A stretch of DNA of 64,000 nt, from the NCBI GenBank assembly GCA_026397405.1, contig JAPLUW010000001.1, positions 239,825 to 303,824 on the forward strand. Direction: 5' to 3'. A program made the position numbers and the translations under genes. Under the pieces are notes generated by a model. That model saw only the letters and a program-made list of their open reading frames with translations. It had not been told where the DNA came from and did not search any database. The DNA comes from Candidatus Adlerbacteria bacterium. Its GTDB lineage: Bacteria > Patescibacteriota > Minisyncoccia > Phycocordibacterales > SBAW01. Of this stretch, positions 9,697 to 19,845 are shown one piece after another. Positions within the stretch are counted from its first letter, which is position 1, and every line of letters starts with the position of its first letter.

Positions 9697-10896
9697 TTTG
9701 ATCTTTATAAACCGGTGCTTGCCGATACGTATCACCTCTTCGCCTTGAGCTTGGTACCCTGAGTCTGTAATTTTTTCGCCACTGGCCACAGAAGAAATTG
9801 CGCCGTTTGCCAGAAGCTGACGGAATTCGTTATTGGACTTTACAACACCCGCAGAAACAACCGACACCATCAACCCTTCAGGCTTTTTTTCTACAACTAA
9901 GACCTCTTCGGGCACCTCACCTTTTGAAAAAGTTTTTTCCCACTCTTGTTCTGCTTTTTCTGCCAACTCCTTACTGTGGTACATCGTCACAATTTCTCGC
10001 GCCAAACACATCTTTGCTTCTTTGGGGTGACCTGCCAAAATTTCTTTTACTTCGAGTAAGGGTACGCTGGTTGTACATTCAAAATAGGTCTCTACCAGCT
10101 CGTCTTTGACCGCCATCAGTTTGCCGTACATATCGCTCGGCGCATCGTCTAAGTAAATGCAATTGTTAAATGACTTGCTCATTTTGCGGCCATCGATGCC
10201 TTCAATAAGCTTAGTTGTGAGCACAAACTTGTCGCGTTTGCCGAGCGCCTGTTGCAGGTGTCGGCCGGCAAGCATGTTAAATTCTTGGTCGCTGCCACCA
10301 AGTTCGCAGTCTACGTCGAGCACAGCCGAATCGTAGCCAACCATAAGCGGATACAAAAATTCGTGAAGTGAAATAGGCTTATCTTCCTCTATACGGCGCT
10401 GGAACATGTCGCGTTTGAGCATCTGCCCTACCGTAAAGTTGCTGGCGAGTTTTACAATGTCGGAAAAATTTAGTGGTGCGAGCCATTCGCCGTTTTTGCG
10501 CACTTCTATCTTCGAGAAGTCGAGTATTTTTTGTGCCTGACGTTTATAGTCTTTAAAGTTTGCTTCTACTTGTTCCTTAGTGAGCGGTGCGCGTGCAGCG
10601 TCACGGCCGGTTGGGTCGCCTATCATGGCAGTAAAACTACCGATCACTAAAATAACTTCGTGCCCCAAGTCACAAAAAGCTTTTAATTTACGGAGCGACA
10701 GTGTGTGTCCAAGGTGGATCTGTGCACCTGTCGGGTCTATACCCCAATACACACGCAAACGTTCGCCCGAACGCAATTTTTTTACTGCCAATTCACGAGG
10801 GATAACAGTAGCGACACCTCGAGTAAGCAACTCGTCTACCGCTTTTTCATCAGTTGAAACTGCCGGAGTGCGTGAAAAAAGTGACATACAAAACAC
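9694..10896 (-). CDS. tyrS: tyrosine--tRNA ligase
   Basis: The class I HIGH-like motif (IHLGHTLSL) and KMSKS are present, together with a C-terminal S4-like domain. Confidence 0.95.
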   Translation of the reverse strand: MFCMSLFSRTPAVSTDEKAVDELLTRGVATVIPRELAVKKLRSGERLRVYWGIDPTGAQIHLGHTLSLRKLKAFCDLGHEVILVIGSFTAMIGDPTGRDAARAPLTKEQVEANFKDYKRQAQKILDFSKIEVRKNGEWLAPLNFSDIVKLASNFTVGQMLKRDMFQRRIEEDKPISLHEFLYPLMVGYDSAVLDVDCELGGSDQEFNMLAGRHLQQALGKRDKFVLTTKLIEGIDGRKMSKSFNNCIYLDDAPSDMYGKLMAVKDELVETYFECTTSVPLLEVKEILAGHPKEAKMCLAREIVTMYHSKELAEKAEQEWEKTFSKGEVPEEVLVVEKKPEGLMVSVVSAGVVKSNNEFRQLLANGAISSVASGEKITDSGYQAQGEEVIRIGKHRFIKIK

Positions 10897-10914
10897 TGTA
10901 ACACGGGCGGTCGC

Positions 10915-13095
10915 GTGTTAGAATGGGGGCTCATGAGGCAACTCCTGAAATGGGTGCGTATACATATTCGGCGACTACGCCGTTTTATACGTCGACATTG
11001 GCGAGCGGTCATTATATGGGGCCTGTGTTTGGGCTTTGTAACAGCAGGGGTACTACTTGTATGGGCTGCGACGCTACGTATCCCCGACTTGGCATCTATC
11101 CAAACACGCAAAGTCCAACAGTCGACAAAAATATATGACCGCACCGGCACCGTATTGTTGTACAACCTCAACAGCGACGCACAACGGACGGTTGTGCCTC
11201 TCACCCAGATCTCTCAAAATATTCAAAACGCAACTATCGCAATAGAAGACCCAGGCTTTTACCAACATGGCGGTATACAGGTCACTGCCATTGCCCGCGC
11301 TATTTTTATCGACATCACTACCCTCTCTGCGTCGCAAGGAGGCTCAACCATTACCCAGCAGGTGGTTAAAAACACACTTCTCACAAGTACTAAAAGTATC
11401 GCCCGTAAGTTTGAAGAATGGATTTTATCACTCAAACTTGAACGCGTACTCACAAAGTCGCAAATTCTTGAACTGTATTTAAACCAGTCACCGTACGGGG
11501 GTAGTATCTACGGGGTCGAGCAAGCGTCCGAAACATTTTTTGGCAAACATGCGTCGGACGTGGACGTTGCAGAAGCGGCGTACCTTGCCGCTGTACTCCC
11601 CGCCCCAAGCCGCTATTCCCCCTACGGTTACCACAAAGCAGAACTTGATGCCCGCAAAAACCTTGTCATTCGGGAAATGCAGCAACACGGCTACCTAACA
11701 GCGGAAGAAGCTACGAAGGCAAAAGCCGAACAGGTGACCTTTGTGCCACAACGCACAAGCTCCATCACCGCGCCGCACTTTGTATTTTATGTCCAGCAAT
11801 ATTTGGAAAATAAATATGGAGAAGATGCACTACAACACGGAGGCTGGACAATAACTTCCTCGCTAGATGCAGACTTGCAAGCAAAAGCCGAAGAAGTTGT
11901 CCAAGGGCACGCCGCAAGCAACGAAAAAAATTTTAATGCATCGAACACCGGGATGATAGCCCTCGACCCCACCAATGGCCAAATTTTGGTAATGGTAGGC
12001 TCCCGGAACTACTTCGACACAAAAATTGGTGGAAATTTCAACGTCACACTAGCAGAACGCCAGCCAGGTTCTGCATTTAAACCGTTCGTCTATGCTGAAG
12101 CGTTTGAAAAAGGCTACACTCCCGACACTGTTGTGTTTGACGTGCGAACGCAATTTTCTACCTCGTGCTCTGCCGGGGACACCACCAACAGCACTTCACC
12201 ATGTTATTCGCCGGTTAACTACGACGGGCTCTTCCGCGGCCCTATGACTCTCCGCGATGCGCTAGCGCAGTCTATAAACGTGCCCGCTATTAAAGCTCTG
12301 TACTTGGCAGGTATCGCCAACTCGCTTGAATTGGCAAAGTCTATGGGTATTTCAACCTTAGGTAAGGCGGGCCAGTACGGCTTAACGTTGGTGCTTGGTG
12401 GTGGCGAAGTAACTCTGCTCGACATGTCGAGCGCGTACGGCGTATTTGCGCAAGACGGCATGAAGTATCAACCTCAGGCAATATTAAAAATTCAAGACGC
12501 GAGCGGAAGTATCATTGAAGACAATACACAAACTGCAGGCACACAGGTGTTGCAGCCAGACATTGCACAAAAAATAAATGACATTCTCTCCGACCCGGTT
12601 GCCCGCGCACCGCTTGGCGAAAACGACCTGCTGCAGTTCCCTGGCCACGACGTAGCGGTTAAAACCGGTACAACAAACGACTATAAAGACGCGTGGACTA
12701 TCGGGTACACCCCTAACCTGGTTGTAGGTATTTGGGCTGGGAACAACGACAACACCCCCATGGTTAAAAAGGTCTCAGGCTTTATTGTGGGCCCTATGTG
12801 GCACGAATTTATGGCCTATGCGTTAGGTAAAATACCGAACCAAGCCTTTACACGCAGCGAGCCAGACTACAGCACTACCAAACCTGCCCTGCGAGGGGCA
12901 TGGCAAGTGCCAGGGAGCGACGGGCAGTATCACGAAATACTGTACTGGGTAGATACCGACAACCCGACCGGCCCCCCACCAAGCAACCCAGGTGCCGACC
13001 CGCAGTTTGCCCGTTGGGATATCCCTGTGCAAAACTGGCTCGCACAAAATAGCGCACCTGCACAACCAACAGCTCATGCTGCTCCCATTCAATAA
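10915..13095 (+). CDS. class A penicillin-binding protein (glycosyltransferase + transpeptidase)
   Basis: GT51 motif IAIEDPGFYQHGG, transpeptidase motifs SAFKP, SIN and KTGTTND, and an N-terminal TM anchor are present. Confidence 0.9.
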   Translation: MLEWGLMRQLLKWVRIHIRRLRRFIRRHWRAVIIWGLCLGFVTAGVLLVWAATLRIPDLASIQTRKVQQSTKIYDRTGTVLLYNLNSDAQRTVVPLTQISQNIQNATIAIEDPGFYQHGGIQVTAIARAIFIDITTLSASQGGSTITQQVVKNTLLTSTKSIARKFEEWILSLKLERVLTKSQILELYLNQSPYGGSIYGVEQASETFFGKHASDVDVAEAAYLAAVLPAPSRYSPYGYHKAELDARKNLVIREMQQHGYLTAEEATKAKAEQVTFVPQRTSSITAPHFVFYVQQYLENKYGEDALQHGGWTITSSLDADLQAKAEEVVQGHAASNEKNFNASNTGMIALDPTNGQILVMVGSRNYFDTKIGGNFNVTLAERQPGSAFKPFVYAEAFEKGYTPDTVVFDVRTQFSTSCSAGDTTNSTSPCYSPVNYDGLFRGPMTLRDALAQSINVPAIKALYLAGIANSLELAKSMGISTLGKAGQYGLTLVLGGGEVTLLDMSSAYGVFAQDGMKYQPQAILKIQDASGSIIEDNTQTAGTQVLQPDIAQKINDILSDPVARAPLGENDLLQFPGHDVAVKTGTTNDYKDAWTIGYTPNLVVGIWAGNNDNTPMVKKVSGFIVGPMWHEFMAYALGKIPNQAFTRSEPDYSTTKPALRGAWQVPGSDGQYHEILYWVDTDNPTGPPPSNPGADPQFARWDIPVQNWLAQNSAPAQPTAHAAPIQ

Positions 13096-13124
13096 AACGT
13101 ATACCTTCTAGAAAACAACAGAGG

Positions 13125-14222
13125 CTACCTGTTCATCGGCATTGCGAGGTAGAAGAATGACTCGTCTCCTGCATCTTTAATAAGCATAGGCTTCCCTGGG
13201 CCGTTGGCGTGCAGGCGCACACTGTCACCCGAAATAGACTGCAGGCTATCTGCTAGGTAGCGGCCATTAAACGACATAGTTAGTTCGTCGCCAGAAATTG
13301 TTGCGCGCACGGTTGATGTTTGCTCGCCCACGTCGGGGTTGCGGGACGAAAGCAGTACTGACTTTTTTGCCGGCTCTATCGCAAGCGACACCTGAGAAAA
13401 TTTGTCCGCAAAAATAGAAAGAGACTTCAAGGCAGTTGAGACATCTTCACGCAGTACAACTGCCTCGGTTGAAAATGTCTTTGGAACAATTTGTCTATAG
13501 TTTGGAAACGCCGCGTCTATGATGCGGCTCGTGTAGTACACATTGCCCACATGGGTCGAGAGCTGGTTTTCATTAAAATATACTTCTGCCTCCCCACCCA
13601 CACTGTCGAGGATGCGCATCAACTCTGCTGCGTTGCGTGCAGGTACAAGCAACTGCGGTGTACTCCCCCCACCCCGCAGTGGTACGGTTTTTTCCGCAAG
13701 GCGGAACGAGTCTGTAGCAACTGCTGTAAGCTTTCCGCCTTCGCCAAACAACAAAACACTCTGTAATTCCGGTTTTACAGCTGAAAGTGACGCGCAGTAC
13801 GCAACACTGCGAATAGCCTTAGAAAGGTCGCTGCTTTTTGCAGTAAACGACTTCTCTGCCGAAACGCGTGGCAGTACAGGAAAGTCGTCATGCGGAATTG
13901 TTTTTATCGCAGCCGACGCACGCTCAGTTTCAACCTTAAACAATTCACCGACCAGAGACCCCGACACTACTTTGCCGCGCGCATTGTTTAAAAAGCCCGC
14001 AAAAATCGTTGCAGGAAGTGCCGCGATACCGTCTGCACTCACTTTTGCAGGCACGGTTATCTCAACTCCACATTCGAGGTTTGTTGCACGTAATGTAAGA
14101 CGGCCGTTTTCTGCAGCGAGTAGTATTGCAGAAAGTGCCGGTAGGTTTGCGCGGCGTTCAACAAAACGTGCAGCTGTTGCAACTGCCTGGGACAACTCGT
14201 CGGTATTAGTTTCAAATTTCAT
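13125..14222 (-). CDS. dnaN: DNA polymerase III beta sliding clamp
   Basis: 365 aa with a three-domain clamp-like sequence. It sits immediately downstream of dnaA. Confidence 0.9.
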   Translation of the reverse strand: MKFETNTDELSQAVATAARFVERRANLPALSAILLAAENGRLTLRATNLECGVEITVPAKVSADGIAALPATIFAGFLNNARGKVVSGSLVGELFKVETERASAAIKTIPHDDFPVLPRVSAEKSFTAKSSDLSKAIRSVAYCASLSAVKPELQSVLLFGEGGKLTAVATDSFRLAEKTVPLRGGGSTPQLLVPARNAAELMRILDSVGGEAEVYFNENQLSTHVGNVYYTSRIIDAAFPNYRQIVPKTFSTEAVVLREDVSTALKSLSIFADKFSQVSLAIEPAKKSVLLSSRNPDVGEQTSTVRATISGDELTMSFNGRYLADSLQSISGDSVRLHANGPGKPMLIKDAGDESFFYLAMPMNR

Positions 14223-14420
14223 ATATTTAAATAAAAGTTTTACCTACTACTAAGGGTGTGTATAGGTCGAACAAGTCTAATACATGTTGTCCTGCAAAGG
14301 TAGAAGTAGAATTTAAAAAACGAAATACGTGTTGGTATGTGGTAACAACTTCTGTTGATAACTTTATTTGTGCGTAGTTGTTCATGGTGTTTTCAGGTGT
14401 TGTTAGGTGTGTTATCCACA
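14223..14420. other. candidate oriC (dnaA-dnaN spacer)
   Basis: An AT-rich tract ATATATTTAAATAAAAG at the dnaN-proximal end and a perfect DnaA box TTATCCACA at 14412-14420. Weaker box-like 9-mers are also present. Confidence 0.55.
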
Positions 14421-15764
14421 TCATTTCAACATAAGGCGAATCTGGTTTAACTCGCTTGTGAGCACGCTGTCGCTACGTAGGTCGTTTTTTATTTTTTCGC
14501 ACGAGTGGATAACTGTTGTATGGTCGCGGCCGCCAAGCTTCTCCCCTATTGTGGGGAATGATATCTTAAAATCTTCGCGTAACAAAAACATAATCATCTG
14601 GCGAGGGCGCACCACTTCTTTACGGCGTGTTTTTTCGTAAATACTGTGTTCTTCGACCCCGTAGAAGGCAGAAATTGTGCGCACTACCTCCTGCACAGAG
14701 ACCGCCTTTTTTGTAGCGTTAGATGCGCCACGCAACAACATTTTTGCGTCGTTTATTGTTAGCGGCTCGCTGCCGCGTAGCTCGAATTGTATAAGGAGTA
14801 GATTTAATGCACCCTCCAGTTCACGGACGTTACCCTCAACCGCAGTTGCTAAGTATTCGAGCACTTCGTCGGGCAAAATAACGTTGTGTGCAGAGGCTTT
14901 TGTGCGGACAATAGCCAGACGTGACTCATGGTCGGGCGGGGTTACGGAAAGTATCATCCCCGCGCTAAAGCGCGACTTTAAGCGGTCTTCCAAGTTTTGT
15001 ATAACGTTTGGATGTTGGTCGGAAGAAAAAATCAGCTGTTTGTTACTGTCATGGAGGAAGTTAAACAAATGGAAAAATTCTTCTTTTGTTTTTTCCATCT
15101 TCGCCAAAAATTGCACGTCGTCCATGATAAGCAAGTCGTACTGGCGGTACTTTTCTTTAAACGACTGCACCTTCCCTGCTTGTAGTGATGACACATAGTC
15201 CATGGAAAACTTTTCCGAGGTTACGTACTGTACTTTTCGCTCAGGTGCGTTAACGCGGAAGTGGTTCCCTATCGCCTGTATAAGGTGTGTTTTACCCAAA
15301 CCGGTGGGGCCGTAGATAAGTAATGGGTTGTACGCGCTACCTGGCTTGCGTATAACGGCTTGTGCGGCTGCGTGCGCAAGTTCGTTAAAGGGCCCTACAA
15401 CAAACGACTGTAGGGTAAAACGCGGGTTCAGGTTTGTTTTTGCATGAACGTTTTCAAGCGGCAACTCCGACGGTGCTGCTGGTACGGTACGTGCATCTTC
15501 TACATTTTTTTTAGGTCCGCGTGAGATTATATATTCGACTGTGCGTACCGTGTCGGAAAGTCCGCGCAGTGAGCGTAAGATATCTTTATGAAATTTAGTC
15601 GAAAGCCAGTCGCGAGCAAATTGTGATGGTACACCAAGGTAGACTGTCCCCTCTTCGACTCGTACTACGTGTGTGTCTTTAAACCAGGTATTAAAATTTG
15701 GCTTGGAGATAGTAAGTTCAAGCTCAACAAGTGCGTTTTCCCAAAGTTCTTTCGTGGTGGTCAT
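14421..15764 (-). CDS. dnaA: chromosomal replication initiator DnaA
   Basis: AAA+ GPTGLGKTHL and the C-terminal DnaA signature (GGRDHTTVIHS) are present. The start was trimmed to MTTTKELWENA; the ORF-track start at 15911 would overlap rpmH. Confidence 0.95.
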   Translation of the reverse strand: MTTTKELWENALVELELTISKPNFNTWFKDTHVVRVEEGTVYLGVPSQFARDWLSTKFHKDILRSLRGLSDTVRTVEYIISRGPKKNVEDARTVPAAPSELPLENVHAKTNLNPRFTLQSFVVGPFNELAHAAAQAVIRKPGSAYNPLLIYGPTGLGKTHLIQAIGNHFRVNAPERKVQYVTSEKFSMDYVSSLQAGKVQSFKEKYRQYDLLIMDDVQFLAKMEKTKEEFFHLFNFLHDSNKQLIFSSDQHPNVIQNLEDRLKSRFSAGMILSVTPPDHESRLAIVRTKASAHNVILPDEVLEYLATAVEGNVRELEGALNLLLIQFELRGSEPLTINDAKMLLRGASNATKKAVSVQEVVRTISAFYGVEEHSIYEKTRRKEVVRPRQMIMFLLREDFKISFPTIGEKLGGRDHTTVIHSCEKIKNDLRSDSVLTSELNQIRLMLK

Positions 15765-15865
15765 GGAGGAGGTGGCCTTAAGGATACGCGGGATAGTCTG
15801 GCCCGTCAAAAAACGCGCTTTGTGCACAAGTTGTGGAGAAACTGGGTATAGAGTATATTTGACAC

Positions 15866-16000
15866 ATGTCGCAAACCTACCAGCCAAAAAAGCGTAAGCG
15901 CGCACGTGCACACGGGTTCCTTAAGCGTGCCCGCACCCCAGGGGGTCAGAAAACCGTTGCCCGCAGACGCCACAAAGGCCGCGCTCGTGTAACAGTCTAA
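15866..16000 (+). CDS. rpmH: 50S ribosomal protein L34
   Basis: A 44-aa [47 protein letters not shown], found by reading the sequence. It is below the ORF-track size cutoff. Confidence 0.85.
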   Translation: MSQTYQPKKRKRARAHGFLKRARTPGGQKTVARRRHKGRARVTV

Positions 16001-16008
16001 TACCAGCC

Positions 16009-16323
16009 ATGCTTCCAAAACGGAGGCGGCTTAGCGCTGCAGAAGTGAGGAATATCATTACGGCAGGCCGCTCTGGCCGGGCCGGATTCCTTTCTGTAAA
16101 ACATATACCTAGCACCCAGCAACTCCGTGCTGCGGTAGTAGTGTCTAAAAAGGTGGCAAGGGGTGCTGTCGAGCGCAACCGCCTGCGCCGGGCAGTGTAC
16201 CGGGCGCTTGTACCCTTTTTGAGTACAGGAGACGTGGTTATATTCGTGCAAAAAGTTCCAACCGCCCCCTTGGCTCCGATCTTTCGAGAAGAATTAATGG
16301 TATTGTTGAAGAAGAACGGCTAA
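16009..16323 (+). CDS. rnpA: RNase P protein component
   Basis: 104 aa and basic. It occupies the rpmH-rnpA-yidC-jag synteny position. Confidence 0.85.
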   Translation: MLPKRRRLSAAEVRNIITAGRSGRAGFLSVKHIPSTQQLRAAVVVSKKVARGAVERNRLRRAVYRALVPFLSTGDVVIFVQKVPTAPLAPIFREELMVLLKKNG

Positions 16324-16325
16324 TT

Positions 16326-17042
16326 ATGTTTCATACTTTTCTTATAAACCCCATATACAACGCGTTTATTTACCTTATTGGTGTTATGCCAGGAGGAGAC
16401 GTGGGTCTGGCAATTATCGCGATGACGCTGCTTATACGTATAGTGTTTTACCCGCTGTTTGCATCCAACATCCGTACCCAGATGGGCATGCAGGCAGCGC
16501 AGGTGGAGTTGAACGAGATAAATAAAAAATACAAAGACAACGCAGACGAACGTGCAAAGCGCACGATGGAGTTATTTAAGCAACATAAAGTGCGGCCACT
16601 CAGCGCTTTTTTCGCACTACTTGTGCAGATACCAGTATTTTTAGCCCTCTACTACGCGTTCTTCCGCGAAGATCTGCCTAAAATAGCTACAGAACTGCTC
16701 TATTCGTTTGTGTCGGTACCCACGGTAGTAAGTACCAACTTTTTTGGTTTAATCGACCTGTTACTCAAACACAATATTTTCCTTGCTGTGGTGGTTGCCT
16801 TGCTGCAGTACGCAGTTATTAAACTTTCTTTGTTTCGCACAACCGCTGTTGCGACTGGCGTAGACCCAGAAAAAGAAATGAGCCAAAAGCTCCAGCAGGG
16901 CATGATGCTGTACTTCCTGCCCGGGCTTATGGGCGTTGTATCTTACACGCTCCCTGCGGCAGTTGGCATATACTTTGCCGCAGGTAGCGTAATTTCATTA
17001 GGGCAAGAATGGATAATCCAGCGCCAGATGCAGAAAAAATAG
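16326..17042 (+). CDS. yidC: membrane protein insertase YidC (short form)
   Basis: 238 aa with 5 TM and the conserved YidC/Oxa1 core. Confidence 0.9.
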   Translation: MFHTFLINPIYNAFIYLIGVMPGGDVGLAIIAMTLLIRIVFYPLFASNIRTQMGMQAAQVELNEINKKYKDNADERAKRTMELFKQHKVRPLSAFFALLVQIPVFLALYYAFFREDLPKIATELLYSFVSVPTVVSTNFFGLIDLLLKHNIFLAVVVALLQYAVIKLSLFRTTAVATGVDPEKEMSQKLQQGMMLYFLPGLMGVVSYTLPAAVGIYFAAGSVISLGQEWIIQRQMQKK

Positions 17043-17105
17043 CAACCTAGCCTGTCCGCCGCCGCCGGGTTGCGCGGCACGGGGCACCTAGAGTATTGTG
17101 GCTCT

Positions 17106-17573
17106 ATGACTCCCGAGCTTCTCCAAAATACAGTTTCTACACTGGTTGGGTTGCTCGGCCTTTCGGTTACAAATGTTGCAGTTTCTTCAGGCCACCGCAC
17201 TGTTGTTGCTGTCACCTCCCCCGATGCAGAGCTGCTTATAGGCCAGGATGGCGAACATCTGCGTGCATTAAATGCAGTTGCGCGGAGGTTAGTTGAAAAA
17301 AAGTATGGTGTAGAGGCTGCGAGCTTTCTTATTGATGTAAACGGCTACCACGAACAGCAGATGGAAACAGTTCGCGCAAACGCACGCTTGTTGGCCCAGA
17401 GGGTGCGACTTTTTAAACACGACGTAGAGATGCCACCGCTCAGTTCGTACGAACGCTTAGTGGTGCACGAGTTATTTGCTAACGATGCAGAAGTCGGAAC
17501 CCGCTCCGAAGGCGAAGGTAAATTCCGCCATATTGTGCTTGCAGCCCGTGGTACCGACAAAGCCTCTTTATAA
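17106..17573 (+). CDS. Jag/KhpB-family RNA-binding protein (KH + R3H)
   Basis: C-terminal R3H-like motif (ERLVVHELF). Start chosen at the internal Met. Confidence 0.8.
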   Translation: MTPELLQNTVSTLVGLLGLSVTNVAVSSGHRTVVAVTSPDAELLIGQDGEHLRALNAVARRLVEKKYGVEAASFLIDVNGYHEQQMETVRANARLLAQRVRLFKHDVEMPPLSSYERLVVHELFANDAEVGTRSEGEGKFRHIVLAARGTDKASL

Positions 17574-17581
17574 TTTTTATA

Positions 17582-18790
17582 CTAGAGTCGCACACCCCAG
17601 AGCGAATGGTCTCCGCGAGTGATAAATAGTAGATACTTTCCGTCTGGCGACACCCCAAGTTGGTCAATGGGCGCGCTTGGTCCCCCATTGCCCGGCAACG
17701 TTACCACAACTCCTCCTCCACTATTTGCATCAAATTCTACAATACTGTCCGCCGTTTGTACGAGCCCTTGGTGCCACAAGTCTATGTAGTTTTGGGGTTG
17801 GGTATCGAGCGGCAGTGCGCAGTACAACGTATCGGCTGCAGTGCTGGCCCAAACACATTTTTCGGGCAGTGGTGTTTTTAAAATGTTAGCGTCTCTGCCT
17901 GCTTCAATGTCGTGTATATAGGTGTGCGGTGCGCTGCCGCTACCTGCGTTTGTTTGGTACACAACTTTTGTAAAGGTATTGTTTGCAATCGCCGACAACC
18001 CCGGGGTGTAGAGCAGTGGTGAAAGCCCGCCAGTTTTTGCGTTTATAGAAAATGCGATACCTGGCACCCCTGCGGCACTCTTTGTTTGTGCAATAAGTGC
18101 ATTTTGTGCAGGCCAGGAGAGTAACATTTGTGAAAGCGGCAGAGAAAATAGTTTTTTGCTACCTGTGCCGTCTATGTTTGCTGTAAATGCATTTGCACCA
18201 GTGGCAGTCGTAACTAGATACGCAAGGCTATGTTTGTCAGGCGACACCGTAAGTGACTCCATGCCGTTTGGCAAAAATTGCATACGGGGAGGTATGGCGG
18301 CGTTGGTTGAGGTTGCGGGCGTAAACGTTACGTACACACTTTTTATTACACCCAGCTCCACATACTGGAGTATCGTAGAAGTGCCGTGGTTACCCCACAA
18401 CACTTCGGTAAGGCCCGGTATGGTTACGTTAGAAATAGGGCGCACTGCGGCACCAGGCACGTCGACTGCGAGGTCGGATATATGCCCCGTATCCTGCATA
18501 ACGTAGCGGGCAATGGTTGTTGTTGGGTTAGATGTTTGTACAAACGTGGCACCAGCAACTGGCCCGTCGGCAATTTTAAACACACGCTGGAGAACCTGGT
18601 TCCCTACTTGTCCCGGAGTCGTCGAGTCCCCGACATTTGTTTGTGTTGTTGATACATTACCCCCAATGCCAAAAAAACCAGTCGACGGCGTTCCTGTGCT
18701 TGTGTTTGAGTGGAAAAAGAAAAACAGTAACAATAAAATTATTGCTAGAAAAACGAGCCCTCCTACTATGTAAATGGTTTTATTTTTCAT
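17582..18790 (-). CDS. membrane-anchored extracytoplasmic protein, last gene of the T4SS-like operon
   Basis: N-terminal TM (IYIVGGLVFLAIILLLLFFFF) and a Thr/Gly-rich ectodomain. A beta-propeller-like fold is only guessed. Confidence 0.45.
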   Translation of the reverse strand: MKNKTIYIVGGLVFLAIILLLLFFFFHSNTSTGTPSTGFFGIGGNVSTTQTNVGDSTTPGQVGNQVLQRVFKIADGPVAGATFVQTSNPTTTIARYVMQDTGHISDLAVDVPGAAVRPISNVTIPGLTEVLWGNHGTSTILQYVELGVIKSVYVTFTPATSTNAAIPPRMQFLPNGMESLTVSPDKHSLAYLVTTATGANAFTANIDGTGSKKLFSLPLSQMLLSWPAQNALIAQTKSAAGVPGIAFSINAKTGGLSPLLYTPGLSAIANNTFTKVVYQTNAGSGSAPHTYIHDIEAGRDANILKTPLPEKCVWASTAADTLYCALPLDTQPQNYIDLWHQGLVQTADSIVEFDANSGGGVVVTLPGNGGPSAPIDQLGVSPDGKYLLFITRGDHSLWGVRL

Positions 18791-19845
18791 TCAGTTTGTC
18801 CTAATACAGGCACTCCCCACACAGGATTATTTATAGGAAGCAAACATAATTCTCCTGGCGCGATATCCTTACAAGTATAGGCCCCTGAGTTTGCAAGATA
18901 ACTGCCTGCACACGTTGCTGGTACATTATCGAGCGGGTTAACACTTGTCAAAATGTCTTTGCCAAGTAGTTTGAGAGTAGCTGCGTACAACGGGCCAATT
19001 GGTGAAACTAGAAGACTAAGGCCCAGAACCCCAGTGCCAACTTGTATGTTGGTGCCAGTTTCGTACACCACTCCGTTTTTTCCATTTGCTGTTTGGCAGG
19101 CATTTCGCAGTGCTGCGGTTTGATCTTGTGCTGGGGCTGTCGCTATTCCTACCGCTGTTGAAGGATTTAATATGTTGCATGCAGTCACCAACTGGGGGTT
19201 GATGGTATTTAAAATAATATATGAACTTAACAACAGCAACAGCCCCCACACAGCCGCTTGTATACGTCGGCGAGCAAAGTCTTTTTTGTTTACCACCTCC
19301 GAAATCATGTAGGTAATACCTCCAAGTACTAAAAACAGCACTGCAACCATACCACCTAGGTAGATAAGTAGCTTAAAAATCAAATTTATCAGCTGGCAAA
19401 AATTTGTTTGCCCGTTGGTATTTTGGCCAGGGAGTGGTTCAAGCGGAACGTACGTTAAGTTTGGAGAAGAAGCTGAGCAAGCTCTTCCGCCTACAACACA
19501 ACTTGAACCCTCTGGGCATTTGCCTGCAGAATCAGGCATCCCAACAGGAGTTGCTTTTTCGTCGCTAACACACGTAGGTGTTGAAGCGGATATTGTTGAC
19601 TGTGTAGGTGCGGCTGGTTGATTTGTTGCTGCGGGCGCAGGGTTCGCTGGCGGTGTTGTATTTATTTTTGAGACACACTTTCCTGCGCAATCTGCAGCCG
19701 AATTAAATAAAGATGATACACCTGAACGACAACTAGTTACACATGCATTGTATGCCCCGATATCCACACCAGATTGTGAGTCAGCGAACGTGACGTAAGG
19801 TGTCAGTAATGCAAAAAATAGGAAAAAAATTATTGTTTTTTTCAT
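18787..19845 (-). CDS. secreted Cys-rich protein with a central two-helix pilin-like hairpin (TrbC/VirB2-like?)
   Basis: Signal peptide, many Cys. The central LINLIFKLLIYLGGMVAVLFLVLGGITYMI-basic loop-AAVWGLLLLLSSYIIL resembles T4SS pilin topology. Confidence 0.45.
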   Translation of the reverse strand: MKKTIIFFLFFALLTPYVTFADSQSGVDIGAYNACVTSCRSGVSSLFNSAADCAGKCVSKINTTPPANPAPAATNQPAAPTQSTISASTPTCVSDEKATPVGMPDSAGKCPEGSSCVVGGRACSASSPNLTYVPLEPLPGQNTNGQTNFCQLINLIFKLLIYLGGMVAVLFLVLGGITYMISEVVNKKDFARRRIQAAVWGLLLLLSSYIILNTINPQLVTACNILNPSTAVGIATAPAQDQTAALRNACQTANGKNGVVYETGTNIQVGTGVLGLSLLVSPIGPLYAATLKLLGKDILTSVNPLDNVPATCAGSYLANSGAYTCKDIAPGELCLLPINNPVWGVPVLGQTE

